DNA of 64,000 nt from Myxococcota bacterium (lineage in GTDB: Bacteria > Myxococcota_A > Polyangia > Nannocystales > Nannocystaceae), in the NCBI GenBank assembly GCA_039194325.1, contig JBCCWC010000002.1:128001-192000 (forward strand), in the 5' to 3' direction. The position numbers and the translations under genes are program-made. Shown one piece after another: positions 49,584 through 58,410 of this stretch. The notes under the pieces were generated by a model, which saw nothing but the letters and a program-made list of their open reading frames with translations, was not told where the DNA came from and made no database searches. The first letter of the stretch is position 1; each line of letters opens with the position of its first letter.

Positions 49584-49934
49584 TTGAGTCCTCAGCGATC
49601 AGCCGCGGCAAACTCCGAGGTCCTTGATGGAATCGATGATGAGGGCGACGATGGAGGCGATGTGCAGTTCGAATCGTAATGCATCACGCGTTAGGATCGA
49701 TTGACTTGGTGCTATTGTCAGCGTTATGCTGCTCTAGAGTCAACCAAAGCCAGTCCATCCGCTCGGTGTGGCTGAATCCCAGTAGAACGCCGATCTGCTT
49801 CGGCGAGCGGCCATGGGCGCTCGACGTGGTGTCGCGTCGAGGTGCATGAGTCTGCGCTCTACGTGAGCCTCTTTAGGTCTGGCGATTCATCGTCTCTTTT
49901 ACATCCCGCGACCATCGCGAGGGAGGAGTGTGTC

Positions 49935-51137
49935 ATGTCTCCAAGTGTCATTACTTTCGCCAGCCTGATGGCATTGGGTGATCCCTCGTGGCAACCGCCT
50001 CGTGATCCCTCCCTGGTCATCGACGGTACGATCGCCACCGCGTGTCAGTGGCCCACCGTCGTGGCGACGGTCGTCGATCCCGCCTTTCCGAGCCTGGGAA
50101 CGGGATCTCTGGTTCATCCAAGGGTCGTGGTGTACAGCGCCCATAGTGGCACCTCGTTCGACCATATCTTCGTCGGGGAAGACATCTATGGGGAGGGAAG
50201 GCAAGCGTCGATCGAGCGGTGCGTCGCGCATCCGGACTGGGATGGCATGATTCAGGAAGGGGACGACATCGCCTACTGCCTGCTCTCCGAGTCGGTCGAC
50301 GACGTTCCCATCATTCCGATCCTCATGGGTTGTGAGGTCGAACAAAACCTGGTCGACGGCCTTGCTCTTCATCAAGTTGGGTTTGGGATGTACACGGAAG
50401 GCAGCCCCCCGGATGGCCAGAAGCGCTGGGTCTCGAATGGTCGACTCGTGGGTGGTGACGCGCTGGAGCTCATGGTCGAGAACCCGGGCCGGGGGGGCGT
50501 GGGGGTTGGTGATAGCGGGGGTCCCCTGCTCATTCCGGTCGCCGACGGCAGTTGGCGTGTCTTCGGTGTCTTGAGCTGGGGGCAGGGGGAGATGTCCGCG
50601 TATATCCCGATCCACCACCACATGGCCTGGCTCGAAGGGGAGCTCGCGGCTGAGGGGATCGACCTCAGCCCGTGCCACGATAGCGATGGCCGCTGGAACC
50701 CCAGCGATGAGTGCACGATGTTTCCCTTGGATCCCGACGTTGGGGGAGGGCGATGGGCGACGGGATGTGAGCCGGGTGCGCTGTCCGGTCCTTCGGCGAC
50801 CTGCGGTGAGCCCGGTGGATCCGACGAGACTGGAACAAGCAGTAGCGACAGCTCGGGTGGTGAGCCCGGCGGAGGCGAGACCAGCACCACGGCCAGTCAC
50901 GACGGCACCACGACAGCGGTGGCCGGTACCAGTCGTGGAGGAGTAGAGGAGCCGGATCGTACGACTGGAGTCGGCGGCGACAGCAATACCGATACTGGAG
51001 GCGGCGGCATACCGGCGACCGATGGGGACCAGGGCTGCGGGTGTCGTGGTCCGCAGGCCCCGATCGGCGATGCCATGCTTGTGTGGATCTGGTCGGGCCT
51101 GATCGTCTTGCAGCGGCGCCGAGCGTCGCGCGGATGA
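49935..51137 (+). CDS. S1 (trypsin-like) serine protease with MYXO-CTERM-like sorting signal
   Basis: YSAH, DIAY, GDSGGP triad motifs; C-terminal GCGCR..hydrophobic..RRR. Confidence 0.9.
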   Translation: MSPSVITFASLMALGDPSWQPPRDPSLVIDGTIATACQWPTVVATVVDPAFPSLGTGSLVHPRVVVYSAHSGTSFDHIFVGEDIYGEGRQASIERCVAHPDWDGMIQEGDDIAYCLLSESVDDVPIIPILMGCEVEQNLVDGLALHQVGFGMYTEGSPPDGQKRWVSNGRLVGGDALELMVENPGRGGVGVGDSGGPLLIPVADGSWRVFGVLSWGQGEMSAYIPIHHHMAWLEGELAAEGIDLSPCHDSDGRWNPSDECTMFPLDPDVGGGRWATGCEPGALSGPSATCGEPGGSDETGTSSSDSSGGEPGGGETSTTASHDGTTTAVAGTSRGGVEEPDRTTGVGGDSNTDTGGGGIPATDGDQGCGCRGPQAPIGDAMLVWIWSGLIVLQRRRASRG

Positions 51138-51172
51138 TCACCCGATGGGGCATTGTGGCCCGTGCAGGGTCG

Positions 51173-51454
51173 TCAGCCGGTTCGGCCGAGGGCGCGGCGG
51201 ATGAGACTGTTGGCGGCCCGCTCGTTCATCCACTCCGGCGTGGGGTGTCCCTTGGGGCAGGCGACGGTGCCTTGCACCATCGAGCGACCGCCAGACGTGG
51301 AGACGCGATCCTCTCGGAGGATCTGGGTGACCCGACATCCGCAGGTCAGCTCCATCGTCACGACCACGCGGCGGTCGTCATCGGGTGAAGGTCCCACGTA
51401 GAGGACCTCGCGTACTCGCTGGTCCGAGGCGTTGGTTCGATCTGAATTGGACAT
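51173..51454 (-). CDS. Small hypothetical protein, possible Zn ribbon
   Basis: GAGGAG RBS; LTCGC and CPKGH motifs. Confidence 0.55.
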   Translation of the reverse strand: MSNSDRTNASDQRVREVLYVGPSPDDDRRVVVTMELTCGCRVTQILREDRVSTSGGRSMVQGTVACPKGHPTPEWMNERAANSLIRRALGRTG

Positions 51455-51792
51455 GGCTGGCTCTCCTCGGCGTCCTCGCCGCTGCACGCAGGCAGGATCG
51501 CGGACCCGGCGTAGCAAGGAGCAGCGGACTTTCGCTGGCTCAGTTGGTGCTCAGTTGGCGGGGGTCATCGGTATGGACGCCCCGCTACTGTTGATGTTGC
51601 TCGAGCCGTGGGCCTGGTTGGCTTTGGGGATCCCGTCGATCGCGTGAGTGATGATTTCGGCGGATCTACAAGCGCAATGCGACATTCGGGCGGAAACGCC
51701 GTCCGCCCGTCGTGGTCGCCGAGCGCGCTAGGGCTGGGTCGGACAGCGCTGCGCGGCCCCGATGGCACCATGGGCGCCAGCAACAGCGGGAG

Positions 51793-53520
51793 CTACCGCT
51801 CTTGCCAGCGCTGCACGTCGGTGGCGCAGCCCAAGAAGGGCTCCACCAGATCCTCGCGGATGTGCAGCGGCGACGCCGAGTGATCCACCACCTTGCGGTA
51901 GGACGCAAAGCACGGCGACCGCCGGATCTCTGCGTTGAGCCGGCGGTAGTTGCGGTGCGGCAAGAAGATCGCCTCAGGGCGGTCGCGCTCGCAGATCGTC
52001 TCGAAGCTCTCGCCGTACACCAAGTGGTCCGAGAGGATCCCCGCCAGATCGACCACACGGGTTCGCCACAGCACCAGGCCGGGCACTCCCATCTCCGAGT
52101 GGTAGACGGTCTTGGCCTCGGGCAGGCACCGGGCCACGTCGAAGATCCCGCGGACCGTTGTCACCTGCCGGGCGTGCACCCGCATCAGCGCCGCGTCGCT
52201 GCGCACCTGAAACTGTACCGGTCGCTTCCAGCCGAGCACCGACGCGATCGCGAGTAGCCCCATGATCGAGAGGTCGAGCCGGGGTCGTGACCACGAGCGG
52301 GGCAGCAGCAGCCAGCCGGCGCTGGCGACCGCACCGGCGTAGCTCGGCATCGCGAGCCGGCCCAGGTAGTCACTGCGGGGGGTGGGGATCCAGTCGCGCG
52401 CATAGGCCACGGCGATGGCGGCCGCTAGCCCGACCAGCAGACCGAGGGTGGCGCGTCGGTGGCCACGATCCCTGAAGGCCTCGTCGCTTCGGGCGGCGGC
52501 CATGCAAAGCGGGACCAGGCCCGGCACGTAGAAGCGTGCGCGGTAGCCCATGATCTCGTTGGTCATCGTCAGGTGGTACGCCCACAGGGCCCCGGTGGCG
52601 GCCAGCAGCGCCAGGTTGGTCGGATCGCGGCGATGCATCGCCAGATAGACCAGCGGCGTGGCAAAGGCCACGGTGGCGCCAAAGTGGATCTGCTTGTCGG
52701 CCCGGCCCAGCGCGAACAGCTCGTCGCCGTAGGGCTGCAGGCCCAGGGTCTTCATGAAGAACGAAAGCGGGAGCGGCGTGCCGTAGTAGAGCCCCAGCCC
52801 CACCAGCGTGACCAACATCGCGCCGGCCAGCGTGCCGAGGAATCGCGACGGAAACTCTCGGCGCAGCAGCGAGGGCACCACGTAGACCACCACGGGGACG
52901 AGCGCGATGTCGGGGCGGCACAGATACACCAGCACGGTCAGTAGCGCGGCCCACCGAGCCGACAGTGCCCGGTGACCCTCGGGGCCCACCATCGCCATCA
53001 AGACCGCGGCGAGGCCCAGGAGCGTGGAGGCGGTCTCCATCCCGGTGAGCACGGTGGTGAGCACCAGGGGGGATCCCAGGGCCAGCAGCGCGATGAGCGA
53101 GCCGCGGTGGGAGTGGGCGGCCAGTGTGCACCAGCGCATCAGCAGCGCACCCAGGGCTGCCAGGCTCAGGGCGCACAGCACCTTGATCGCGACCACGTAG
53201 TGGGTGTGGGTGATCGCGGCGGCGAGCGTGGCCAGCAGCTGGAAGATCTGGCTGGTGCATCCGTAGACCGCCCCGTCCTCCAGGTTCCAGGCGTACACGC
53301 CGTGCTCGAGGGCGTGGAGGGCGAAGCGCTTGAAGAAGTAGCCGTCGTCGTAGATCGGCACCCCGATCTCCCGTACCAGCAGGTACGCCGCCAAGGCCGC
53401 ATAGAGGCCCGCGACGGGGATCCAGGTGCGGGCCGGTGAGGGCGCCTGGGTGTCGGCTGGGGCGTTGGCCGGGGTGTCCGTCGGGGCTTCCCTCGGTTCG
53501 TCTGGGGAGGAGCGAGGCAT
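51793..53520 (-). CDS. GT-C-like membrane glycosyltransferase (arabinofuranosyltransferase-like)
   Basis: YDDGYF after TM1, YGCTS, TGMET, CRPD, YYGTPLP...K, RFYVP, VVDLAGI. Confidence 0.8.
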   Translation of the reverse strand: MPRSSPDEPREAPTDTPANAPADTQAPSPARTWIPVAGLYAALAAYLLVREIGVPIYDDGYFFKRFALHALEHGVYAWNLEDGAVYGCTSQIFQLLATLAAAITHTHYVVAIKVLCALSLAALGALLMRWCTLAAHSHRGSLIALLALGSPLVLTTVLTGMETASTLLGLAAVLMAMVGPEGHRALSARWAALLTVLVYLCRPDIALVPVVVYVVPSLLRREFPSRFLGTLAGAMLVTLVGLGLYYGTPLPLSFFMKTLGLQPYGDELFALGRADKQIHFGATVAFATPLVYLAMHRRDPTNLALLAATGALWAYHLTMTNEIMGYRARFYVPGLVPLCMAAARSDEAFRDRGHRRATLGLLVGLAAAIAVAYARDWIPTPRSDYLGRLAMPSYAGAVASAGWLLLPRSWSRPRLDLSIMGLLAIASVLGWKRPVQFQVRSDAALMRVHARQVTTVRGIFDVARCLPEAKTVYHSEMGVPGLVLWRTRVVDLAGILSDHLVYGESFETICERDRPEAIFLPHRNYRRLNAEIRRSPCFASYRKVVDHSASPLHIREDLVEPFLGCATDVQRWQER

Positions 53521-53616
53521 CGGTGCGGAGTGCAGCGCGGGGCAGCATTGCACAACGACGCGCCATCGGGGACCCTCGCCCGGGTGACCATAGCCGAGCA
53601 CCGCGAGCCGAACGAC

Positions 53617-54585
53617 ATGCAGGCCCGGGCCTTGTGGGTGGTCGGCCCCGGGCGGGGAGAGCTGCGCACGGAGGTCCTCGACCCGCCCGCGCCCGACGAG
53701 GTCTTGGTGCGCACGCTGTACACCGCGGTGAGTCGGGGGACCGAGTCACTGGTGTTCCACGGTCACGTGCCGCCCGGCGAGTATGCGCGGATGCGGGCTC
53801 CTCACCAGGCCGGCGACTTTCCTGCGCCGGTCAAGTACGGCTACTGCAACGTCGGGCGGGTCGAGCGAGGCCCGGACTCATGGGTCGATCGTGCGGTCTT
53901 TTGCCTGTACCCGCACCAGACCCGCTACGTCGTGCCCACCGGGGCCGTCGTGCCGATCCCCTCGGCCGTACCCCCGGCGCGGGCCGTCTTGGCCGCGAAC
54001 ATGGAGACCGCCATCAACGGGGTATGGGACGCCGCGATCCGGATCGGGGAGCGGATCGTCGTGATCGGGGCGGGCGTGGTGGGTAGCTTGGTCGCCTACC
54101 TGGCCCGTCGGGTCGTGGGCTGCGAGGTCCAGCTGGTCGACATCGACGAGCGCAAGCGGTCGATCGCCGACGCGTTCGGGGTGAGCTTTGCCCTCCCCGA
54201 CCAGGCGTGGTCCGACGTCGATTGCGTCTTCGAGGCCAGCGGCTCGCCCGAGGGCCTGGTGCAAGGGCTCGAGCGGGCGGGGCCCGAGGCTCGGGTGGTC
54301 GTGCTCAGCTGGTTCGGCGACCAGGTCGTCCCGCTGCCGCTGGGGCAGGCCTTTCATGCCTGGCGGCTACGGATCCTCTCGTCTCAGGTGGGGTCGCTGC
54401 CGCCGGAGCAGCGGTCGCGATGGAACTACCAGCGTCGCCTCGCGCTGGCTCTGCGCCTGCTCGAAGACGACGCCCTCGACGCCCTGGTGACCGCCCAGAC
54501 CCCCTTCGAGGGGCTGCCCGAGACGATGCCTCAGATCGCCGATCCCGCCACCTTCGTGCTTTGCCATCGCATTGTGTACGGTTGA
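53617..54585 (+). CDS. Zinc-binding alcohol dehydrogenase-like (MDR) protein
   Basis: SRGTE, FPAPVKYGY, ANMETAINGVWD, GAGVVG, SSQVG. Confidence 0.92.
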   Translation: MQARALWVVGPGRGELRTEVLDPPAPDEVLVRTLYTAVSRGTESLVFHGHVPPGEYARMRAPHQAGDFPAPVKYGYCNVGRVERGPDSWVDRAVFCLYPHQTRYVVPTGAVVPIPSAVPPARAVLAANMETAINGVWDAAIRIGERIVVIGAGVVGSLVAYLARRVVGCEVQLVDIDERKRSIADAFGVSFALPDQAWSDVDCVFEASGSPEGLVQGLERAGPEARVVVLSWFGDQVVPLPLGQAFHAWRLRILSSQVGSLPPEQRSRWNYQRRLALALRLLEDDALDALVTAQTPFEGLPETMPQIADPATFVLCHRIVYG

Positions 54586-54588
54586 CCC

Positions 54589-54987
54589 ATGTTCACCGTT
54601 TGCGTTCGCGACCACGTGATGATCGCCCACAGCTTCCAAGGCGAGCTGTTCGGGCCGGCCCAGCGCCTGCATGGGGCCACCTACGTCATCGACGTGGAGT
54701 TTCGGCGGACCGCGCTCGATCCCAACGGCGTGGTGGTCGACATCGGCCGGGCCACCGACGCGCTGCGGGCGATCACCGCCCAGTACGCCTACCGCAACCT
54801 CGACGACCTGCCGCAGTTCACCGGGGTCAACACCACCACCGAGGTCCTGGCCAAGACCGTCTTCGACGCCATGAAGGCTCGGATCGACGCCGGCGAGCTC
54901 GGCTCTGGCTCCGAGGGGCTGCACTCGCTCAAGGTCACGCTGCACGAGTCCCACGTGGCGTGGGCGGCATTCGAAGCCGAGCTTTGA
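54589..54987 (+). CDS. 6-pyruvoyl-tetrahydropterin synthase-like protein (non-QueD subtype)
   Basis: MIAHS..FGPAQRLHGATY, YRNLD, NTTTE, LHES; lacks the QueD Cys-x3-HGH motif. Confidence 0.9.
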   Translation: MFTVCVRDHVMIAHSFQGELFGPAQRLHGATYVIDVEFRRTALDPNGVVVDIGRATDALRAITAQYAYRNLDDLPQFTGVNTTTEVLAKTVFDAMKARIDAGELGSGSEGLHSLKVTLHESHVAWAAFEAEL

Positions 54988-55026
54988 CGGTTCCTCGTCT
55001 GGCGAGCCTTAGCGAGCCTGGGTTCG

Positions 55027-56280
55027 TCAGCCTGGCCTGGCCGAGGGCAAGGCCCCGGCCTCGGCCTCGACCTCGACCAGCGAGGCGAACGTGGGGACGC
55101 GGTCGGTGGTTTCGATCGCGGGAACTTCCTGCAAGACCGAAAGAAGCTCTCCGTCAGCTCGAAGCTCGCCCAAGCCCCGGTAGTCTTCAATCCACTGTGA
55201 AAGGTGGTGTTCATCCAGCGTGCGTAGTCGAGTGCGATCATGGACATCGAGCTCGGTCACGACGACTGAATGAGTTGGCTCGGTAAGCCCGTCGAGTAGT
55301 CGATCGGAATGAGTCGCGAGCACTACCGGATATCGCTCGCTCATTGCTTCGAACATTCCGAGAACTCGCGGCAGTATGCCGGGGTGTAAGTGCTGTTCGG
55401 GCTCGTCGAAGGCCAGCAACGAGCGGTGTTGATCGAGGCGAAACATGGCGACGAATGCCAGGTATGACAGCACGCCGTCGGCTAGCGAGAATTCCGTTAC
55501 GCGGCCCTGGTGCCGAGTTTCCAGGGCCAGTGCAATGTGCCCTCCTCCGGGGATGGCCTCGATTCGAACATCGCGGATATTGTCACCAAGGCCGAGTTGG
55601 ACATACTCGAGTGTTTCTGACCAATGGTCGATGCCGAATTCATTCTTGAGCGCTTGATATGCATTGGCGAGATTGGTGCCAAAGCGGTTGAGGCGCGCGG
55701 TTGGCTCCAATAGACCGAAGCCTCTAGGAGTTGTTTTACTCTGCGGAGACGATGACCATGCTGCTCCCACTTCGAAAGGAAGGTGAATGTCGATGTTTCG
55801 AAGGAGCTCAGCGATAGTAGCGATGGACTTGTCGAGTTGAGGCCCCTGATTGATTAGAGTCTCCAGTGGATTCAGCTGGACATTCTGGCCATTGATTGTG
55901 CTCCCATTGGAGCTTTTTGTTGCGTATGGTGAGTTGTTCTGCTCTCCGCGCTGGACGAATTCTAGTGGAACTGTTGCACCCCAGTTCCAGCCTTGGTAGT
56001 AGGTAAGAGGATCAGTCATCCCGTCGTCGACGGTCGCCGTCAATAAGATACGCTCTGCCCCGTTTTCCATGAGCAAGGGGATGCCGCCATGGATACTCGC
56101 GAAGCGATTCGGGTAGTTCTCATGGGCAGTGCATCGTAGTAGCTCCAGTGCCTCCAGGATCGAGCTCTTGCCCGAGCCATTGTCGCCGACGAGTACGGTC
56201 AGTCCGTCCAGCTTTAGGCGAACGTTCCGTAGTGATCGAAATCCGGAGATCGTCAGCTCGGTGAGCTTCGGAACTACCAC
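55027..56280 (-). CDS. AAA_21/ABC-type ATPase (lower GC, probably inserted)
   Basis: ISGFRSL, GDNGSGKS, LADG signature, LLAFDEPE, ATHS; start uncertain (56280-56319). Confidence 0.88.
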   Translation of the reverse strand: MVVPKLTELTISGFRSLRNVRLKLDGLTVLVGDNGSGKSSILEALELLRCTAHENYPNRFASIHGGIPLLMENGAERILLTATVDDGMTDPLTYYQGWNWGATVPLEFVQRGEQNNSPYATKSSNGSTINGQNVQLNPLETLINQGPQLDKSIATIAELLRNIDIHLPFEVGAAWSSSPQSKTTPRGFGLLEPTARLNRFGTNLANAYQALKNEFGIDHWSETLEYVQLGLGDNIRDVRIEAIPGGGHIALALETRHQGRVTEFSLADGVLSYLAFVAMFRLDQHRSLLAFDEPEQHLHPGILPRVLGMFEAMSERYPVVLATHSDRLLDGLTEPTHSVVVTELDVHDRTRLRTLDEHHLSQWIEDYRGLGELRADGELLSVLQEVPAIETTDRVPTFASLVEVEAEAGALPSARPG

Positions 56281-56397
56281 GTGCCGACGGTAGCATGCCG
56301 CCTCAGTAGCGGTATCCATGCTGCATGCGCAAATTGCGCACTGTGGGATTGTCGATGAGGAGCCGCGTTTGTCACGTCAGGACCCTGATCCACGAGA

Positions 56398-57431
56398 TGT
56401 TTGGTGGCCGTACTGTTTGGCCACCGAAGGAAGAAAGGGAGATAGTACCCGACGAGTCCTTCGTGCCTTCCCGCCTCCGCCAGCTCTGGCGCGATCACCC
56501 CCGCGCGACCGCAGCCCTGCGCTGGGCGCTGGGCCTGGGCCTTTTGGCCCTGACCCTCACGTGGATCGATCCCGCCGAGGTCCTCACCCCCATAGGCGCG
56601 GCCGATCCGGTCTGGCTGGCCCTGGCCTTGCTGCTGTCGCTGCCCATGATGCTGCTGATGGCCGTGCGCTGGAGCTTCACCGCACGGCGCATGGGGGTCG
56701 AGCTCCCGCTACGCACCGCGTGGCGCGACTACTACGTCTCGGCGTTGCTCAACTCGGTGCTCCCCGGCGGGGTGGCGGGCGACGTGGTCCGGGTCGCTCG
56801 CCAGGCCGGCGGCCCCGCGCGTCCGTTGGGCCCGGTGGCGCGCTCGGTGGTCGTGGAGCGGGCCGTGGGCCAGCTGGTATTGTGGCTGATGCTGCTGACC
56901 AGCGCCGTGCTGTGGGGGCTTGGCGATGTGGCCCTAGCCGTCTCGGTCGCGCTGTCGATCGCGGTGATCGGTGCCCTGGTGCTGGTGGGGCTCGGCGCCC
57001 ATCCCCGCGTGGCGTCGACCGCTCCGGGGCGGCTCATTGCCCGGATCCGTGGGGAGCTTCGCGCGGCGCTCTTGAGCGGTTGGGCCCTGGTGGTGCAGCT
57101 ATCCACCTCGGTCGGCAGCCTGATCGCCTTCATCGGCATGTACTACTGCTGCACGCGGGCGATCGGCTCGGTGATGACGCCCGCCCAGGCCCTGTTGGTC
57201 GTACCCGGAATCTTGGCTGTGACCACCGTGCCGCTGACCGTGGGAGGCTGGGGGGTCCGCGAGCTGAGCGCGATGGCGCTGTTCGAGCTGGCGGGGATCC
57301 CGAGCGCCGACGGGGCCGCCAGCTCGGTGCTCTTTGGGGCCGCGTGCCTGGTCGCCATGCTGCCCGGCGTAGTGCCCCTGTTGCGGCGCTCTACGGTCGA
57401 GGCCCGTTTGCCGGAGGGGGACCGGTCGTGA
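56398..57431 (+). CDS. Lysylphosphatidylglycerol-synthase TM (UPF0104, flippase-like) protein
   Basis: AVRW, NSVLPGGVAGDVVR, SVVVER, PLTVGGWGVRE; start uncertain. Confidence 0.88.
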
Positions 57432-57471
57432 TCACGGCGGCCTGGGTTCACGTCGAAGCTGAGGAGACTCC

Positions 57472-58350
57472 GTGATGAGGAGGACCAGAGGCACTCGTCG
57501 AGCGGTGGTCCGAACATCGTTCATTCTCTCCGCGTCGGTCAGTGCGTGCGCAGAACGTATTCAGCTCGATAGCGAAGTGGGCGGTATGCTCGCGGAGCAC
57601 TTGTGCCCGATTCAGGCCGAGTGCGACTGTGCCGAGGATCTGCTCATCGTCGATTGCGAGGACGAGGTCGAACGAGAGGTGGCGCGCAGTGAGCAAGCAG
57701 TCATCGATCGAGGGCTGAAGGTGGACTCGGAGTGCCTCGAGGCGTTCTTGCATCGTATTGACGCACTCGCTTCTTGTGGTCCCCTCCGTGAGCATCTGAG
57801 TGAACCTTTAGCGTGCTTCGTGTACGCTGGAGCCGCGGAAGTCGGCGACGCCTGTCGAGTCTACGAGGTCTTTCCCCCGATGAGTGACTGTCGGCAGGGG
57901 CTGAGATGCAGGGATGGTACATGCTTCGACCCCTACGACATTCCTATACTACAAGAGGGAGAAACTTGTTGGGTGCCGTCTTCAACACCCAATATGCAGA
58001 CGGGTTTTTTGGGCGAGTGTGCCGAAGGGCTAGAGTGTGATTGGCGCGGAATCTGCAACGCGGTGGACCCCGCTCCGCCAATGGTCGCGATGGGGGATGA
58101 GTGTCTATATGGCTCTCAATGCCCGCTGGAGGGCTATTGTCGCCCGCCGTCAGGCGCAGACCAAGCGACGGAAGAGTTACCGGGTGTATGCACAGAATAC
58201 ACGCCGGCTGGTCGGGCGTGCTCACTCTCCTATGAGTGCGAGTGGATTTGTGAGCAAGGCGTGTGTCAAGAACCTCCGACGGCACTATGCTATACGTTGA
58301 CCACATGGCAGCTAGCGCGGGCGTCTGTCGAGCGTGCCGCGGGTTCATGA
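57472..58350 (+). CDS. Cysteine-rich lipoprotein (hypothetical)
   Basis: GAGGAG RBS, VSAC lipobox, repeated G[DE]xC...C..GL.C modules. Confidence 0.75.
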   Translation: MMRRTRGTRRAVVRTSFILSASVSACAERIQLDSEVGGMLAEHLCPIQAECDCAEDLLIVDCEDEVEREVARSEQAVIDRGLKVDSECLEAFLHRIDALASCGPLREHLSEPLACFVYAGAAEVGDACRVYEVFPPMSDCRQGLRCRDGTCFDPYDIPILQEGETCWVPSSTPNMQTGFLGECAEGLECDWRGICNAVDPAPPMVAMGDECLYGSQCPLEGYCRPPSGADQATEELPGVCTEYTPAGRACSLSYECEWICEQGVCQEPPTALCYTLTTWQLARASVERAAGS

Positions 58351-58410
58351 GCCCTCAGCGCTAGAGACACATTGTGGCCGCGAGGCTCACGCGGCGCGGC
58401 TCGCTCGCGA

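Noticed and set aside
54589..54987. Calling the gene queD
   Set aside because: Lacks Cys-x3-HGH and no que genes nearby
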